Shown here piece by piece: positions 38,094-52,177 of a DNA stretch of 64,000 nt. Source of the DNA: Octopus sinensis (lineage: Eukaryota); the NCBI RefSeq assembly GCF_006345805.1, contig NC_043008.1, forward strand, positions 48,298,001 to 48,362,000. Reading direction: 5' to 3'. A program made the position numbers and the translations under genes. Position 1 is the first letter of the stretch. Each line of letters opens with the position of its first letter. The notes beneath the pieces are model-generated. The model saw only the letters and a list, made by a program, of their open reading frames with translations, did not search any database and had not been told where the DNA came from.

Positions 38094-38131
<38 letters not shown>
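38094..38131. repeat. (GA)n microsatellite
   Basis: Direct observation. Confidence 0.95.
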
Positions 38132-38133
<2 letters not shown>

Positions 38134-41100
38134 CTTTTTCTTTTTATGCTGAGAAACAGTCACAATGGAACTGCTTTCCCCTGAGGTGACCAGCTTCAGT
38201 AATCCGCATAATTAAAACAGACTACAATAACTAAATTAGATCTGTCACTCTAACTTATAGATTAGTTGGGGCATACAGTAAAAGAACAAAAAAAAACCCA
38301 AAGAATATGCTCTTTACAGAGAGAGAGAAATCCATCCCATTTGGATTTAATTATCATCTAAATAAACAAATGAGATTGCAATAATAATATTTGATTAAAA
38401 ACATTTTGGTTCTGTTGTAAAAACTAAAGTTTAACAGCAGCAGCTGTAATACTACTACTAACACTAGTGGTGCTACTACTACTTGTAGTAGCAGCAACAA
38501 ACTTCAACAAGTCAGCACTTCACCTCAGATATTGTAAGAAGCAAAAAAATTATAAACAAACAAAAATACAAATTAACCCTAATAAATTAGTTTTATAATT
38601 CTGGCTACAAGTTTTAAAGTCTACAGGTAAACAGTGCAGAAAATGCACTTCAGACCTTTATAACAGACCAATCTTCTTGAGCTGGAACTTTTTGTGTTAA
38701 AAAACAAAAATGGAATCCAAAATTCTGGTGAATGAGGATTTAATTGGCAGTTGTAAGAGTGCTGGATAGAATGTGTCAGTGGATCTGTGTTCAAATTCCC
38801 TTGAGACCAACTATTCCTTTTGTCCTTCTGGTGTCAATAAAATGGAATAGAGGGCAGTGGATTGTCAGAGCTGTGGGAGGGTCATGTGAGATATGTTGTA
38901 GCAGTTGTTCTGGTTCTTTGTATTCTTAGAGTAAGATCTGGGACAACACCAGTGCCAAGCTGTTTTCAGCAAAGTTGGTGGCTGTTCCCTTGGAAAAAAC
39001 ACTGGTGGCATGGAGAGGGGAGACTGGCATGAATGGATGGCTACTAGTGTTCCTCAAGCCTGCACATATAGGGGCAGATGTATGCTGACACTTGACAAAC
39101 GAGGTCAGCTAAAATCTGTGAAGGAGTCTGTTACATCAACAATAGTTCAAAGGAGAGCTTTATTAAGTTTTAATTGATGTGAAAGGTAAATAATGGGTCA
39201 GGAGTTGCAGCCCTTCACCACATACAGAAAGTGATTCAATTTTTTCACTTTGGTTGTGTCTAAACAAAGAGACAACAACAACAACACTTTACATTGTTTT
39301 TCTCAGAGGAATGGCAGCATTCTGAAAAGCTAGATTCTTCATTCTCCTTATGATAACTGAAGATATTGAAATGGTCAGGAAATTACGTATATGAAATGAG
39401 ATTTGTAAAATTTATTTTCACAGGATTTTAAATAATGTACATTCTGGCTTTTTTTTTTTAAATCTCATAAAATTAATTCCATTTTCTTTTAACATAAAAT
39501 GCACCATCAATGTAAAGGTATTTGTATTGAAAGGGTTAAGACAGAAGTTATTTCAGATGAAATGATGTAATAAAAATGTGAGGATCCATTTCAGAAAAGC
39601 AAATATTTACTCTGCCATTTACAAGTGCTGTGATGTAAAATCCCAACAGCACTGAGTCAGGTGACCCACTTTTCACTCCTAAAATGTAGCCATTACCACT
39701 TCAGTTTATGCCACAAGTAGTACTATTTGGGAGATTATTATTATATTAAACCCCGCAGTTCCCTGTTCCTTTCAGCTGGAACATTGTACCTAATCAAAAA
39801 GAAATCAATAGAGTAATGTAGCCAGAAAGTTAATATTTCACTAGCAAACAGCAATGGTAGAGGTTGCTATCCTCCAATGTCAGCTACTACAATAAATATA
39901 TTGTAATATTTTATTTATAAATCAGAGAGGGGGGGGCAAGACTTGTGAGCAGAGCCTTTTTGGGGCCTACTACATTAGGGAATCAGATAACAGCATGCTG
40001 ACTCCCAACCTCAGCTATTTTATGCTATGAACAAAAGGTTCCCAAAGCTAGTCTTTTGTCTGTTTCTTTTTAAATCTTTTTTGTGTTCTATCGTTGCTTG
40101 TGCAATTGTTTATACAGTAGAATATCTTTTCCTTCGCTAACCACTCAACTGTGAAGTAGGAGTGGAACCCTTGTCAAATGGAACAAGCAAAATTATATGA
40201 ACATGCCTTAAGCAAATACACAACAGCTAAAGTAAGATCTTCTCATCATCCTGTAATCTTCAGAGATTAGTGAAAGCTCCAATAAAAACTAATGACTGTC
40301 TTCAATTTTCTAAGATTTATTCCAGCCATAAATATGGCTCGCTACTAGCCAATGCATATAGCTATGTGTTCTAGAAATAGCTTCCAAATCTCCCTCAAAC
40401 CATACACCGTTGATCATAGATGAGCTCAATGAGGACTGACCTGTGACCAATCAACAATTATTACTTTATTTTAATTAAATACAACATACCAAAATAAAAG
40501 TTAAAACTCAAGGCATTTTGGGTTTAAAAAAAGCATTTCAAGTGATACCTCCAGATATTAAAGAGAACTGGCTGGTGAAAAGGCTTAAAAAGAGGCCCAA
40601 AAGCAAAATGGTCAAGCAACTTGTAAATTATTTGGGTAAACTCAGGAATCCATGGAAACAGGTGACAGCCTGTCTCTATATGTCCAATATGAATTCAAAT
40701 AGGTGTAAGGAATAAAAGAACATTTCAGATTTGTTCCTTTCATATCAATTATTTGATATCAATTAACTAAAGTCTCCTAGCAATATAAATAACTGAGAAT
40801 CTAGATTTAAAAAGCAGCAAAGTTCAGTTATAATATCCATCAGAAAGAAACAAAACTACAATCCTTATGTCTGGACTTGTAAATATACAGTTCGGAAACT
40901 TCATAAATTTTACATAGCCAAAACTGCACCAGAATTGTCAAGTTTCTCACGCTTCATTGTAATAGAGTACATCTGTCAACTAGGTAGAGAGTAAATAGAG
41001 TACACTTGTTGACATGGTACACAACTCCTCAACACTAAGACACTACTCAATTATTAGGTGACAGCAAACTGAATTCAATTTTCAATGGACTTTAAAGATA

Positions 41101-43219
41101 TCCTAAGGGTCAAGTGATTGTATTAAAACTGGACAAAGGATTAAATCTACAACCCAAGAACAGTCCATTCAGTGGACCTCCCCACTATTCCGGTCAACCA
41201 AATTCCACTTACAAGGTTTTGTTTGACCTGAGGTTATGGTAAAGACATTTGGCCAAAGTGTCCCGCTGGTCAGCCTGAGGGTGAAGCAAAAGACATTTGA
41301 TCAAGGTGCTGTGCTCAAGAACCAAACATGAAAACACAGAAAGGGAAATTCTTAACTCCATAGCTATGCAAGAGTGTGAGTTTGAATTGAATATTAAGGA
41401 CATTAAACTCTTTTTAATTATTATTATTATTATTATTATTAAAGTAACAAACTGACAGAATGTTTAGTGGCATTTCTTCTGGTTCTTTATATTGTGAGTT
41501 CAAATTCTGCTGAGATCAACTTTGCCATTCGTCCTTTTAGAGTCAATAAAATAGAGTAGCAGTCAAGTGGTGGGGTTAATGTGATCAACTAGCAACCTTC
41601 CCCAAATTTTTCAGATCCCATGCCTATGTAAGACACCATCATTGTTATGACCCACTAGTTTAGGAAAGACTCGAATCACAAACAATACTGCCCTTCCCCT
41701 TAAAAACACTATGGTGGGGTGTCTGTTACAATAGTAGCATCCAAACTGTAGAATTGCAATAATTCTGATGAAACAGCAGCAGCTGAGCTACATCAATGAA
41801 CTGATGACAAGCTATAAATACACTCAGATGTTACATTTGGCAAAAGAACTGAGCAGAAACAACATTGGTAGTCAGAGAATCCTTTCCATCTAATCATACA
41901 TTAACATCGAAAATAGAGAATAAAGCTTTTACTTGAGCACAATTTATTAATCCATAAAATGTATTGATTAAACAGAATAAAAGGAATATAAGACAGAGAG
42001 ATAAAAAAGAATTTATAATACATTTATCAGTTCTCTAGTAGCAGAAAATGGTGCTCTCTATAGATATATGATGATGTTAACTTCATTTTCTCTTAACTTA
42101 CTACAATATTAGCAACAGCATGCAGAAGGGAATTAATCTGAACCAAGTTGGCCATCCAATTATCAAGAATTGTTTTTTTGTTCAATGGACCATGCATAAT
42201 AAGAGAATTCTTGTAATAATAGATCGGCATCTACGGCCATAAGATGCACGAACCAAATAGCTTCACTACAGATAAGAATCTTGTCTTAGGACAGAGAGAG
42301 AGAAAGACATTTGCCTTAGGAGAAAGTCTATACGTGATAGCTTCTGTCTCAGGAATTGCAATAGAATCTAGACTTTAACTGTGCTAATTGATTCAATCAA
42401 TAGGATTGCAGCATCCACTTTACTCAGAATTCAGTTTGGATTCAGAAAAACATGAAGAAGAAATGAAGTCTTGTTCGAAACAACCACTAACATACTTATT
42501 AAATTCTAATCCATTAATTTCTTATAAATCTATGATTGTGTGTATGTATGTATAAACGCATATATATGTGTGTGTAAACACACATGTATATGCAGCTATA
42601 CATAATTATAAATTACACTCACTGCATACAAAATGATTATATTTTGCATGTGACTTTCTCTGAAGAATTCATCTACTTAACACCCAAGCTAAAGATGGTA
42701 TGTAAATAGAAATTGAAACAATGCAACTTTGTGAAAAATTATTCTTAACTCTTGTAGAAGCGGGTGACATAATCAAGAGTAGAAAGATCTTGCGTAAACA
42801 ATGTTAAACCACTTTTGTTTTTTGTTTGTTTTATACCCTCGCAAGGACAACTTCAGTTTATACACACACAAGATACACACAAGTTTGTATATGTACATAT
42901 TGTATGCTTAAATGTGTTTGTATACACAAAATAGATGCAATTTTATGCATATACATATGCTTAAACATGTGCATTATATGTAAATGTACATATGAAAGTG
43001 TGTATAGGGACATCTCCATGCAATAGTTACGTGTCTACAAGTATGTGTGTGTTCCGACGGCTGAACAGAAGTAATTAAAAAAGCAATTATGCTCCATCTG
43101 TTAAAAACACCCAAAATTAAAGAAGTGAAAGAAAGAAAAACATTCCCTCAATTCAAGGAAGTACACAAAAATTAAAATTTATTCTTACCATTAACAAAAT
43201 ATAACATTAAGAAATTCAG

Positions 43220-43583
43220 TGCAGGTATGGCTGCGTGGTAAGCTTGCTTCCCAACCACATGGTTCCAGGTTCAGTCCCACAGCGTGGCACATTAGGCAAC
43301 AGTCTTCTACTATAGCCTTGGGTCGACCAAAGCCTTGTGATTGCATTTGGTAGACAGAAACTGAAAGAAGCCTGCTGTGGGAGGGGGGGTCACCACTGCA
43401 TGACAACCTGGGTTGATGTGTTTACATCCCTCTACTGTAACTTAGCAGTTCAGCAAAAGAGACCAATAGAATAAGTACCAGCCTTAATAAAATATAAGTA
43501 TTAGAGTCAATTCATTCGACTAAAAATACTTCAAGGAAGGGCCCCAGCATGGCCGCAGTCTAATGACTGAAACAAGTAAAAGA
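43220..43583 (+). mobile_element. tRNA-derived SINE family D
   Basis: Colinear with the 33164-33503 copy. Confidence 0.8.
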
Positions 43584-44659
43584 GAATAGGTAAACCCATT
43601 GTGATTTTGTTTGCCTTCAGTTGTTTTTTTCTTTTGCTCTTCCTTTCCTTTCATCATAATGAAGCTGAACTGTTTGCTGAGAAAGGCTTAACAGGCAGCA
43701 CTGGAGACAATTCACTGATGTTACATCATCCACCAGAGTTGGCTCATATTCTAACAGTTTCACCAGAAAGAATTACATTGACATTCAGTCGAGTAAATCA
43801 ACAGCAAACACCAATTGTCGACTGGAAAGGACACATTATCATTTTATGTCTATTTAACTCGACACTGACTCGGGGACAATATGAAGTTCAATGAAAAAGT
43901 CACCAACTCTGGCTATTATCATTTACTGTTTGTAAAATATTTACTTTAATCTTGTCATTTAAAAAAAAAAATAGACAAGAAGAAACTAACTTGGGAATAA
44001 AATATCTTATTTTCGTAAAATGTCACATCAGATGACAATTTATTCACATAATTCAACAAATGGAAATACACACAACAAACTATTATAATATGTAATGCTT
44101 TGCTAATAATGTCATTTCAAACACAGACAGACACAGCCTACAGGAAGCTTGTCCCTCACATATTGACTTCCTGTTCACATTTGAAAGAAATCAACTGGAC
44201 AGTGACTGCCCTCCACTTCACTTGTTATCCTTGGGGGTGTCTAAAATGACTGTGGCTACACCAAATGCACACCATCTCACTAGTTGTTAATGGAGAACCT
44301 AAGAGGACTACGGCCATTTTGACGCCTCTTCAAATTACCAGATAAATACAAATTCTCAGCACTGAAACAATGAACAAATATTTATTCACATAAACAGATA
44401 AATGGTTAGTGAGACCCTCTGAATTACAGGACAGGCAACATGAAGCTTCACTGAAAATAACAATAAGAGAAAACTAAGAATTATTAAACAAAGCTAATTC
44501 AGTCTCCAGGTCAAATAGCTTCCCACACAAACAATAAACAAACATAAACACATTAGAAATTGCCTTAACAACAACAACTTTTTACTTTATTTGCTATAAA
44601 TAGAGAAACAAAAGAAGCAGACAGGTCAAAATTCCATGGGTCAGCTTGAGTTTACCACA

Positions 44660-44663
<4 letters not shown>

Positions 44664-44721
<58 letters not shown>
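44664..44721. repeat. (TG)n microsatellite
   Basis: Direct observation. Confidence 0.95.
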
Positions 44722-44723
<2 letters not shown>

Positions 44724-46374
44724 TATGTGTGCACTTGTGCTTTGCGACAAAAGTACCTACTATAGTGTGTATCTTGTATTACATATAGTTGTATTCCATC
44801 AAAAAGTGATATCCTCATCAGATATGGCTGGAGATGACCAATGTTGATAGAAGCAAAAACAGAGTAGCTGTCAGCCTCTCTTTTCGTTTTTATATTTGGA
44901 AACTCTTCAGAAGTTTGGGAGAAGGAATAAACTCCTGAATTCCTGCAGTAATATTCCTGTAAAATCTCTTCACTGTACCATGCAACTTGTACATTTGAGC
45001 TGTCCATATTCAATCATACCACCCACCATCACCTTTTATTTCTCTCTCTTCTCTCACTTCCAGTCCATAGCAACCAACCCATCTTCCACTCTCACCATCA
45101 CCACCACCACTCACACTCCCCTACTATGACTCATATGACATTTGCTCATCTATCACTTTCATTCGCCAGTGTCCTTTTCTATTCTTATCCACCACCCATG
45201 TATATTGCTAAGCTACACAAGCTGTTTCCTATTCCACCTCCTTACCAACAACCCACATGCAGCTATCATTATCTCTCTCCAAATACCCTGGCTCTAATTG
45301 CCCCCCCATCCCTTTCTTTCCCCCAGCACTATCACACTCCTATTGCCTCTTCTTTCTCTCTCTTCTACTTCCACTCTCGGTTTCCTTTGTCCAAAAGAGA
45401 CAACAGACAGAAGTGTTTAGTCTTGCAAGACAATCTCTATAGTGTTGGAACTACACTAACATCTCCACATTATGTAATATAATGGTATTAATGGTTGGGA
45501 AACAAAGGAAGGCAACATAGAGTAGAACAGACTCTTTGGTGGTATTGAGGACATGACAACCTCTCTCTGGTGTTGTACCTTCATAAAACACAGCCAGCAC
45601 ACAGTGTGAAGTGGTTGGTGCTTAGGAAAGACATTTGGCTGTGGAAACCTAACAAAAGTGGAACATAAGTGAGATATGATCCTCACACCTGTTCAGGAGG
45701 ACAATTACTGAATAAGGATTCCAACCCATGCTGGCATGGATAGTAAAGGTAAAAAGAGGATGGTTTCATTGCTCTCATCCAATACACCACAGACAAACAG
45801 AATGTGCAAATCAAAAAGTGGCGTAGTGGGGGGGGGGGGCACCACTTTGTCTCTGAACATTATTTAGGTGATAGACTAGCAAGATTGTTAGCATGCTGGA
45901 CGAAAATGCTCAGCAGCATTTCTCCTGTCTTTACGTTCTGAGCTCAAATTCTGCCAAGGTCAACTTTGACTTTCATCCTTTCAGGGTCAATGAAATGAAT
46001 ACAAGTTGAGCACTGGTACATTCCTCTGCTCAATAAAGGACTATATGATTATTATTTATTATTTCACTGGAAGCAGTGTGGAAGTCCAGGTTATGCCTGC
46101 TAAAATGAGCAGTCAAAACTTTCTCAAAACATCCTATCTTAAAAGTCTAAGTTTATTTTCATACTAATCTACCAATGAGAGTTCTAGAGACATTCGGTGA
46201 GAGGAACATTTCAGAGCAGATTACATTAAGAATTTCTGGAACATTCTCCTAATTTGAAATAAAATGCAACTCAATTTTTGCCTAAAAGACAATAAGTATT
46301 CATACAAGAACTCATAAAATCTCATTCAATGAACGCAAGTCCAGAGAAGATTCTCAAAAGAAAGCTGGTCTTAC

Positions 46375-46581
46375 CTTGTCATTGTTCTCTGTGGTCCATA
46401 TTCCTTGCTGAACAATCCCAAATTCCCCTTCTCCCAGTGTTTTATTACAGGAAATAGATTCTGGCGGTATTATTTGTTTTCCAAGTGGTCGAATATATGA
46501 CACTGGGCGGGGCATCCGCTGTTCAGGAGGAGAAGGGCTCAGAGAACGGCCCATGGAAGCATCACTGGCCCGCAAAATGGC
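46375..46581 (-). CDS. Ack-like: Kinase exon: linker and Gly-rich loop (AILRASDASMGR...KTLGEGEFGIVQQGIWTTENNDK)
   Basis: Acceptor tttgtttcag, donor AAG|gtaaga, 207 nt, phase 0/0. Confidence 0.93.
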
Positions 46582-47849
46582 CTGAAACAAAAAAAAAGGA
46601 AAATAAAGTTTCAAAATACAATATTACACAAAATTGATTTCAGTTCTATTATATCACGTTAGTATTAATTAAATCAATATTCACTGAGTTTTTATGAGAC
46701 AACTTCTGAAGTTAAAAACAATTATAAATCAATAATTATGGTGAAACATAATTGAATTTTGCTGGTTAAAACAATTGTTTAATTGGGAAGGAAAAATACT
46801 GGACAACAGGATTATTTCATCTCTCTCTCTCTCAAAAATACTCATATTTCATTTCTTTTGCAGTTTTGGTCACAAAACATTCTAGGAAATGATTAAAACT
46901 GTTCAAATGTTAATGAATGTTGGCAACCTGGACACACCATTAAGAGAATATTAAACAATAGTTAAGAGATCAATCAGACAGCTTACATGTTCAATAACTT
47001 TACAGAGTGAAAATATTCTGAAGACCTATTGAGACAATTCTAAAGATAAGCCAAACAGATAACTAAACTGTTTGGTTAGAGTTGTTGTTATTAATAATTC
47101 GATAAAATAAGTACCAGTTGAGTACTGGGGTTGCTGTAATCGACCTACCCCTTCCCCCAAAATTCCAGGCCTTGTACCTATCGTAGAAAGGATTATCAAT
47201 TTTTTCATCAACCCCAGACATTCAGGGGACTATTTCTGAAACATTAAGCAGATAAGGTAAATCTTATTAGGAACAAAGTGCTAATAATATAATTACCCAA
47301 AACCTTATCAATGCTATACTACCTCCCTTTTTTTTTTTGCTGCTTCTTTTTCTTTTTGCTATTGTAAGCTTTAAAACTATCCATCAGAAGGAAAAGGCAG
47401 GGCCCATATATGACCTTCCCGGTATGGAGTGGAGATGGGTGTGATGATCAGTCTGAATTTGTGGGGGGTCAACAGCTGATGGACAAACATCGGTAAGGAT
47501 TATAATTCAGAGAATTGCTTCTCTAAGATTACATAATTAGGGTCCTTAACCAAGGCAATTCTTAGATGGGCCAATCTACTTAGCTCTAAGTTATAAACAG
47601 TGGGAGCAATGTAAACTTGACAAATACCTTGCTAGTTTATTCTTCTAAGTTCAATTATTGCTGTGATAACCTCAATAGAGGTGGCATCACTAAAATGGGT
47701 TTCTTAAATAATAGTGGTTGTTTAGCTCAATCAGATCTGATTGGGCAGATATATAAAGGATCCTGCCATGACCATCCCATCTTTTTAATATTACATTAGC
47801 CAATGTAATTTCTACCATCTTTTTTAAAACAGTCAGGTGTGATTTTAAG

Positions 47850-48250
47850 AGTTGTCAGCCTGACTGGCTCCCATGCCAGTGGTACATAAAAAGCACCATC
47901 CGAACATGGCCAATGCCAGTACTGCTTGACTGGCTCCCGTGCTAGTGGCATGTAAAAAGCACTATCCAAACGTGATAGTTACCAGGACTGCCTGACTGGC
48001 CCCCATGCCAGTGGCAGGTAAAAAGCACTATCCAAACGTGATCAATGCCAGACCCACCTGGCTGGATCCTGTGCCGGTAGCATGTAAAAAAACACCCACT
48101 ACACTCTCAGAGTGGTTGACGTTAGGAAAGGCATCCAGCTGTAGAAACGTTGCCAGATCAGATTGAGCCTGGTGCAGCCACTGGCTCTCCAGACCTCAAT
48201 CAAACCATCCAACCCATGCCAGCATGGAAAACGGATGTTAAATGATGATG
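47850..48250 (+). mobile_element. Repeat family B (RTE-like 3' end with (GAT)n tail) containing 66-bp tandem subunits and flanked by a 55-bp duplication
   Basis: Ends ...gcatccagctgtagaaac...catgccagcatggaaaacggatgttaaatgatgatg. Related copies at about 6810-6960, 13350-13600, 16520-16660, 18505-18800, 21955-22270, 27930-28150, 30280-30500 and 51385-51760. Confidence 0.8.
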
Positions 48251-49556
48251 ATTAGCCAATGTAATTTCTACCATCTTTTTTAAGACAGTCAGGTGTGATT
48301 TTAAGGAAAATCTGGCTACTATTTCTAGCAGTTACTATTTCTACACAGTTGATAGCGGGTTCCACTTGTGACCCACTAGGTTGAGAATCACTATCATCAC
48401 CACCAGATAGAAAGATAAAAGAACAAATGAAAGAATATTTGAAGTATTTAAAGTAAAAACTGTTAAGGACACCAAATTTATTGGTGAGAGAACTTAAGAC
48501 AAGACAGACAGACAGACAGACATATTGGTGAGGAGAGTGATAACAAGGAAATGGAGGGTGTTGTTAAATAAAGATAAATGGAACAAACTTACTGTAGCAA
48601 GTCAATTTGGTACAGAAGCAATAAGAACCATAGAAAAGCATGTGAAGAAAACTGTGAAACGACCATCTGGTGTTTATCACAGACTAACAACAGCCAGTTG
48701 TTACTGGATAGTATTACTGTTAAGTGCAAGGGAAGAATCTTCACCATTGTCAATGTTATAAGGTAAGAGAGATGCAATTAGAAGAACTAACATCAACAAA
48801 ACTGAAACCAATAGAAAATGTGGTGGAAATAGAATTTTAAAAAGTGTTTTGGAATGTATCCAAGTAATGAGACAATCACAGAAATAGCAGGTGAGACTCA
48901 CAATACTGGTGTCACACCTGACACAGTGCTGCTATGGCTACACACACATACACACATTGTTAGACCACATACAGAAAATGGCTACTCAGCTGATTGGCAT
49001 AAAGTCAATCACAAACACACCGCAGCCAACAGACCTGCTCTCTACTCTCCATTCTCTCTATGACTACTACAATTGCCTCTGCTCCCCCCCCCCCATATTG
49101 TGTCCACCAGTGCCCCACCCAAGACCCTGCCACTAACTGCCCAACACAGTCCTTTCTCTCCCAGAATATTCGCTCTCAGTGTTTCCATTTCTGCAAGCAG
49201 CTTTCCTGCGACTATTCAAGAGTAACATCAACTATGTCCATCTCAGCAGTCTCAGGGGGCCCCTGGAGAGCATGGGGCATAGAGTCCTTCCTTCAACTCT
49301 TGGAGGGCTTATAGTGACAAACCCTTCTTCAAACCAAAATAATAAAAAAGAATTATTGGTTAATTCAGGGGTTTGAGTATTTATTAGTGAAATGTTAAAA
49401 CCAGACATGAAGCTTTCAGCCAGAAATTCTAGGTTGGGAGAAGAGCCAGATATCAACCCCAGAAGGATGAAAAACTAAGTCCACCATGGCTGAATGTGAT
49501 CTCATAACATCAAGGGCTATAAAGTACAGCATCACTAATGATTCTGTAAATAATAA

Positions 49557-50325
49557 TAATAACAAAAGCACTCGGAGAGCACAGACCTCCGCCAAGCAGA
49601 TCATTTCCACCCATATACACGCATGCTGAAAATCGCTCAATTTCCCAAACCAATGCTGGCAAAAACATAACCTCCTTGGCAGGGGGGGGGGATAACACAG
49701 CCATATGATTTTAAGAAGAAAAAACCCTTTAAAAACAGGAATCATCTGAAGCAGTTCACAACCACCAACATCATCATCAGCAGCATTGTCATTGCTTCCA
49801 CTTCAACCACATACATCGCCATCAGTGTTATCATGACAGTTACCTTGACAGTCCCTTTCACCACCACAACCAGTATAACCACTGCAATACCACCATCACC
49901 ACACAACTAACACCACTATTACCCCCATCACCTCAGCATCACACCGTTCCTGTCACCATTATAACCACCGATACTATTTTATCCCCCCCCCCATACTTAT
50001 CTCGACCATCGACATCATCAACATTGTCTCTAAACAGCAACGCCACCATAGGTTACGTGGAAACGATGTGTTTTCAAGGGAGATAATCAAAGAATGTAAC
50101 ATTGTAATACTTCATGTAAAGTAAACATAACAAATGAAAAATCCTTCAAGAATCCATAAAAATTTCCGGATCACTACCAAAACTACATCAACTGTTCCTT
50201 GTGTCATTACCAACTTTTTCTGCAAGTTTCATCAAATACCATTCACAACTTCTTGAGTTATTTTGCGGACAGACGGACAAACCAACGCCAATGAAATCAT
50301 TAACTTCCTTCCTTGGTGGAGATAT
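49557..50325 (+). mobile_element. Helentron/Helitron2-type non-autonomous element (HINE-like)
   Basis: Subterminal inverted motifs cctccgccaag (49586-49596) and cttggtggag (50312-50321), a cagacggacaaac microsatellite near the 3' end, and an internal (CAT/ACC)n-rich tract. Confidence 0.55.
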
Positions 50326-50329
50326 AATC

Positions 50330-50755
50330 ATCATAATAATGGTTTCAAATTTTGGCACAGGGCCATCAGTTTTGAGGGAAGGGGAAGTCGATTACATCAA
50401 CCCCAGTATTTGACAGATACTGATTTTAATCGACCCTGGTGGAATTTGAACTCAGAACATAAAGACAAACGGAATACTGCTAAGCATTTTGTCCAGAGTG
50501 CTAATGATTCTGCCAGCTCACTGCTGTAATAATAATAATCCTTTCTTCTAGAGGCACAAGGCCTTAAATTGGGAGAGGGGTACAGTTGATGATATCAACC
50601 CCCAGTACTCAACTGGTACTTAATTTATCATCCCCGAAAGGATGAAAGGCAAAGTCGACCTCAGCAGAATTTGAACTCAAAATATAGTAGCTGACGAAAT
50701 ACCGCTAAGCATTTCCGCCCAGTGTGCTAACAATTCTGCCAGCTCACCGCTTTAA
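50330..50755 (-). mobile_element. Two tandem SINE family A copies
   Basis: aatttgaactca...gctaagcattt...gattctgccagctca occurs twice. Confidence 0.78.
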
Positions 50756-51961
50756 TAATAATACATTCAGAAAGAGATTCAACACTTAAATGAAAATATG
50801 TGAAGAAGCTTTTGTAAACCCTACTTGTCATAGCAGTAAACATGTACAAAAGACTGAGGACGTTTATAATAAAATTGAGAGGAAGATGTGCACAATATTG
50901 ATCGAGAATGAATTTTTGAAGGGCAACTGGTAGAAATGAACATAATGATAATCTATGTTACCACACGTACACAGTTACTGAATGTAATATATGATGGGTG
51001 GGGAATTGGTCGACATTTAAAAAATCTGGTTTAGGGAAAAGTTGCAGATTAAATCAAGGTAGAAATGAAAATAACAGAACTGGAGCAGAAAGCATGTCAG
51101 TTATAGAATAACTAAACAAATTCATGTTGTAACTCTAATCAATCTATTAATCGAATAAAATAAAGAAATAATCTATTTCTTACGATGATTATTGAGAAGA
51201 AAAAAAAGCAGCTACGGACCATGAATATATAACCTAAAGGCATGTTTTAGAGTAGCAGGTGACAAAGACTTGAATTAAACTAATATACTTGATCTTATCA
51301 GATTCTTATGAAAGAAAGAAAATACCAAGAAAATGATCATGGATAATTAATAAAACACTAACACAGAGGACAGGCAATCATCATTTAACGTCTGCCTTCC
51401 ATGCTAGAATAGGTAGGACAGTTTGACAAGCCAACCAAGCACTGTTTTGGTAGGGTTTGTACGGTTGGATGCCCTTCCTATCACCAACCACCCAGCAGAG
51501 TGGACTTAGTGCTTTTTACATGGCACAAGCACAGGCGAGCTCAGTTTTGGCAAGGTTTTTACAGCTGGATGCGCTTCCAAATGCCAACCAACCTGAGAGT
51601 GTGGGCTGGGTACTTTCCAGCAGCACCTGCACTGACAGGGTCACCAAGTACTTGCAAGACAAAAAAACCTTTTGAGAGGGGAGGAGGCATTGGAGGAGGT
51701 GATCTTGTGTCGGATGATAAAAGGTTATAGTGAGGCAGAAAGACAGGAACAGGTGTCTTGGAGGAGGAGGACTACACAGTTATGGCAACAAACTCAAAGA
51801 TGGAATATTGTCTGAATAGTTTTTGCCACTAAAATATCAATAACAGATTGCAAATTATCGTTTATTACAGTTTAGTAAAAGAAGAGAGGACACTACAGGT
51901 GCTTTTCAGAGATTCTCTGACAGAAGACCTGGTCCTAATGTATACAACAGAGTGGACTTAA

Positions 51962-52177
51962 CCCTTTAGCACTTAAACCAACCACACCAGGCCTAAATGT
52001 ACTGTTTTCCATTCAAAGTGGCCAGGTCTGACCTCTCACACCTACCCTACAATGTTATTCTAAAAATAAACAATCACATCATCCAAATCTCAAAGCTAAA
52101 AGATAATGCAGGATTAACTCAAAACAATGTGAATCAATAAACATTACATCTGAGAGAGTAATTTGTATGCTAAAGGG
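51962..52177. mobile_element. piggyBac-like MITE
   Basis: TTAA|ccctttagca ... tgctaaaggg|tcaa. Family copies at 21759-21928 (perfect 12-bp TIR ccctttagcatt/aatgctaaaggg), 63529-63729, about 36335-36545, about 27370-27607, and about 18350-18840 (interrupted). Confidence 0.7.

Noticed and set aside
42150-42480. KRILVIIDRH resembling a retroviral-type integrase strand
   Set aside because: Ten residues in a stop-riddled region; not enough to call.
47860-48095. CRISPR-like regular spacing
   Set aside because: Whole 66-bp units are similar to each other with no unique spacers; eukaryotic repeat context.
48540-48860. Possible LINE endonuclease remnant (IFTIVNV)
   Set aside because: Too short and degenerate to assign.
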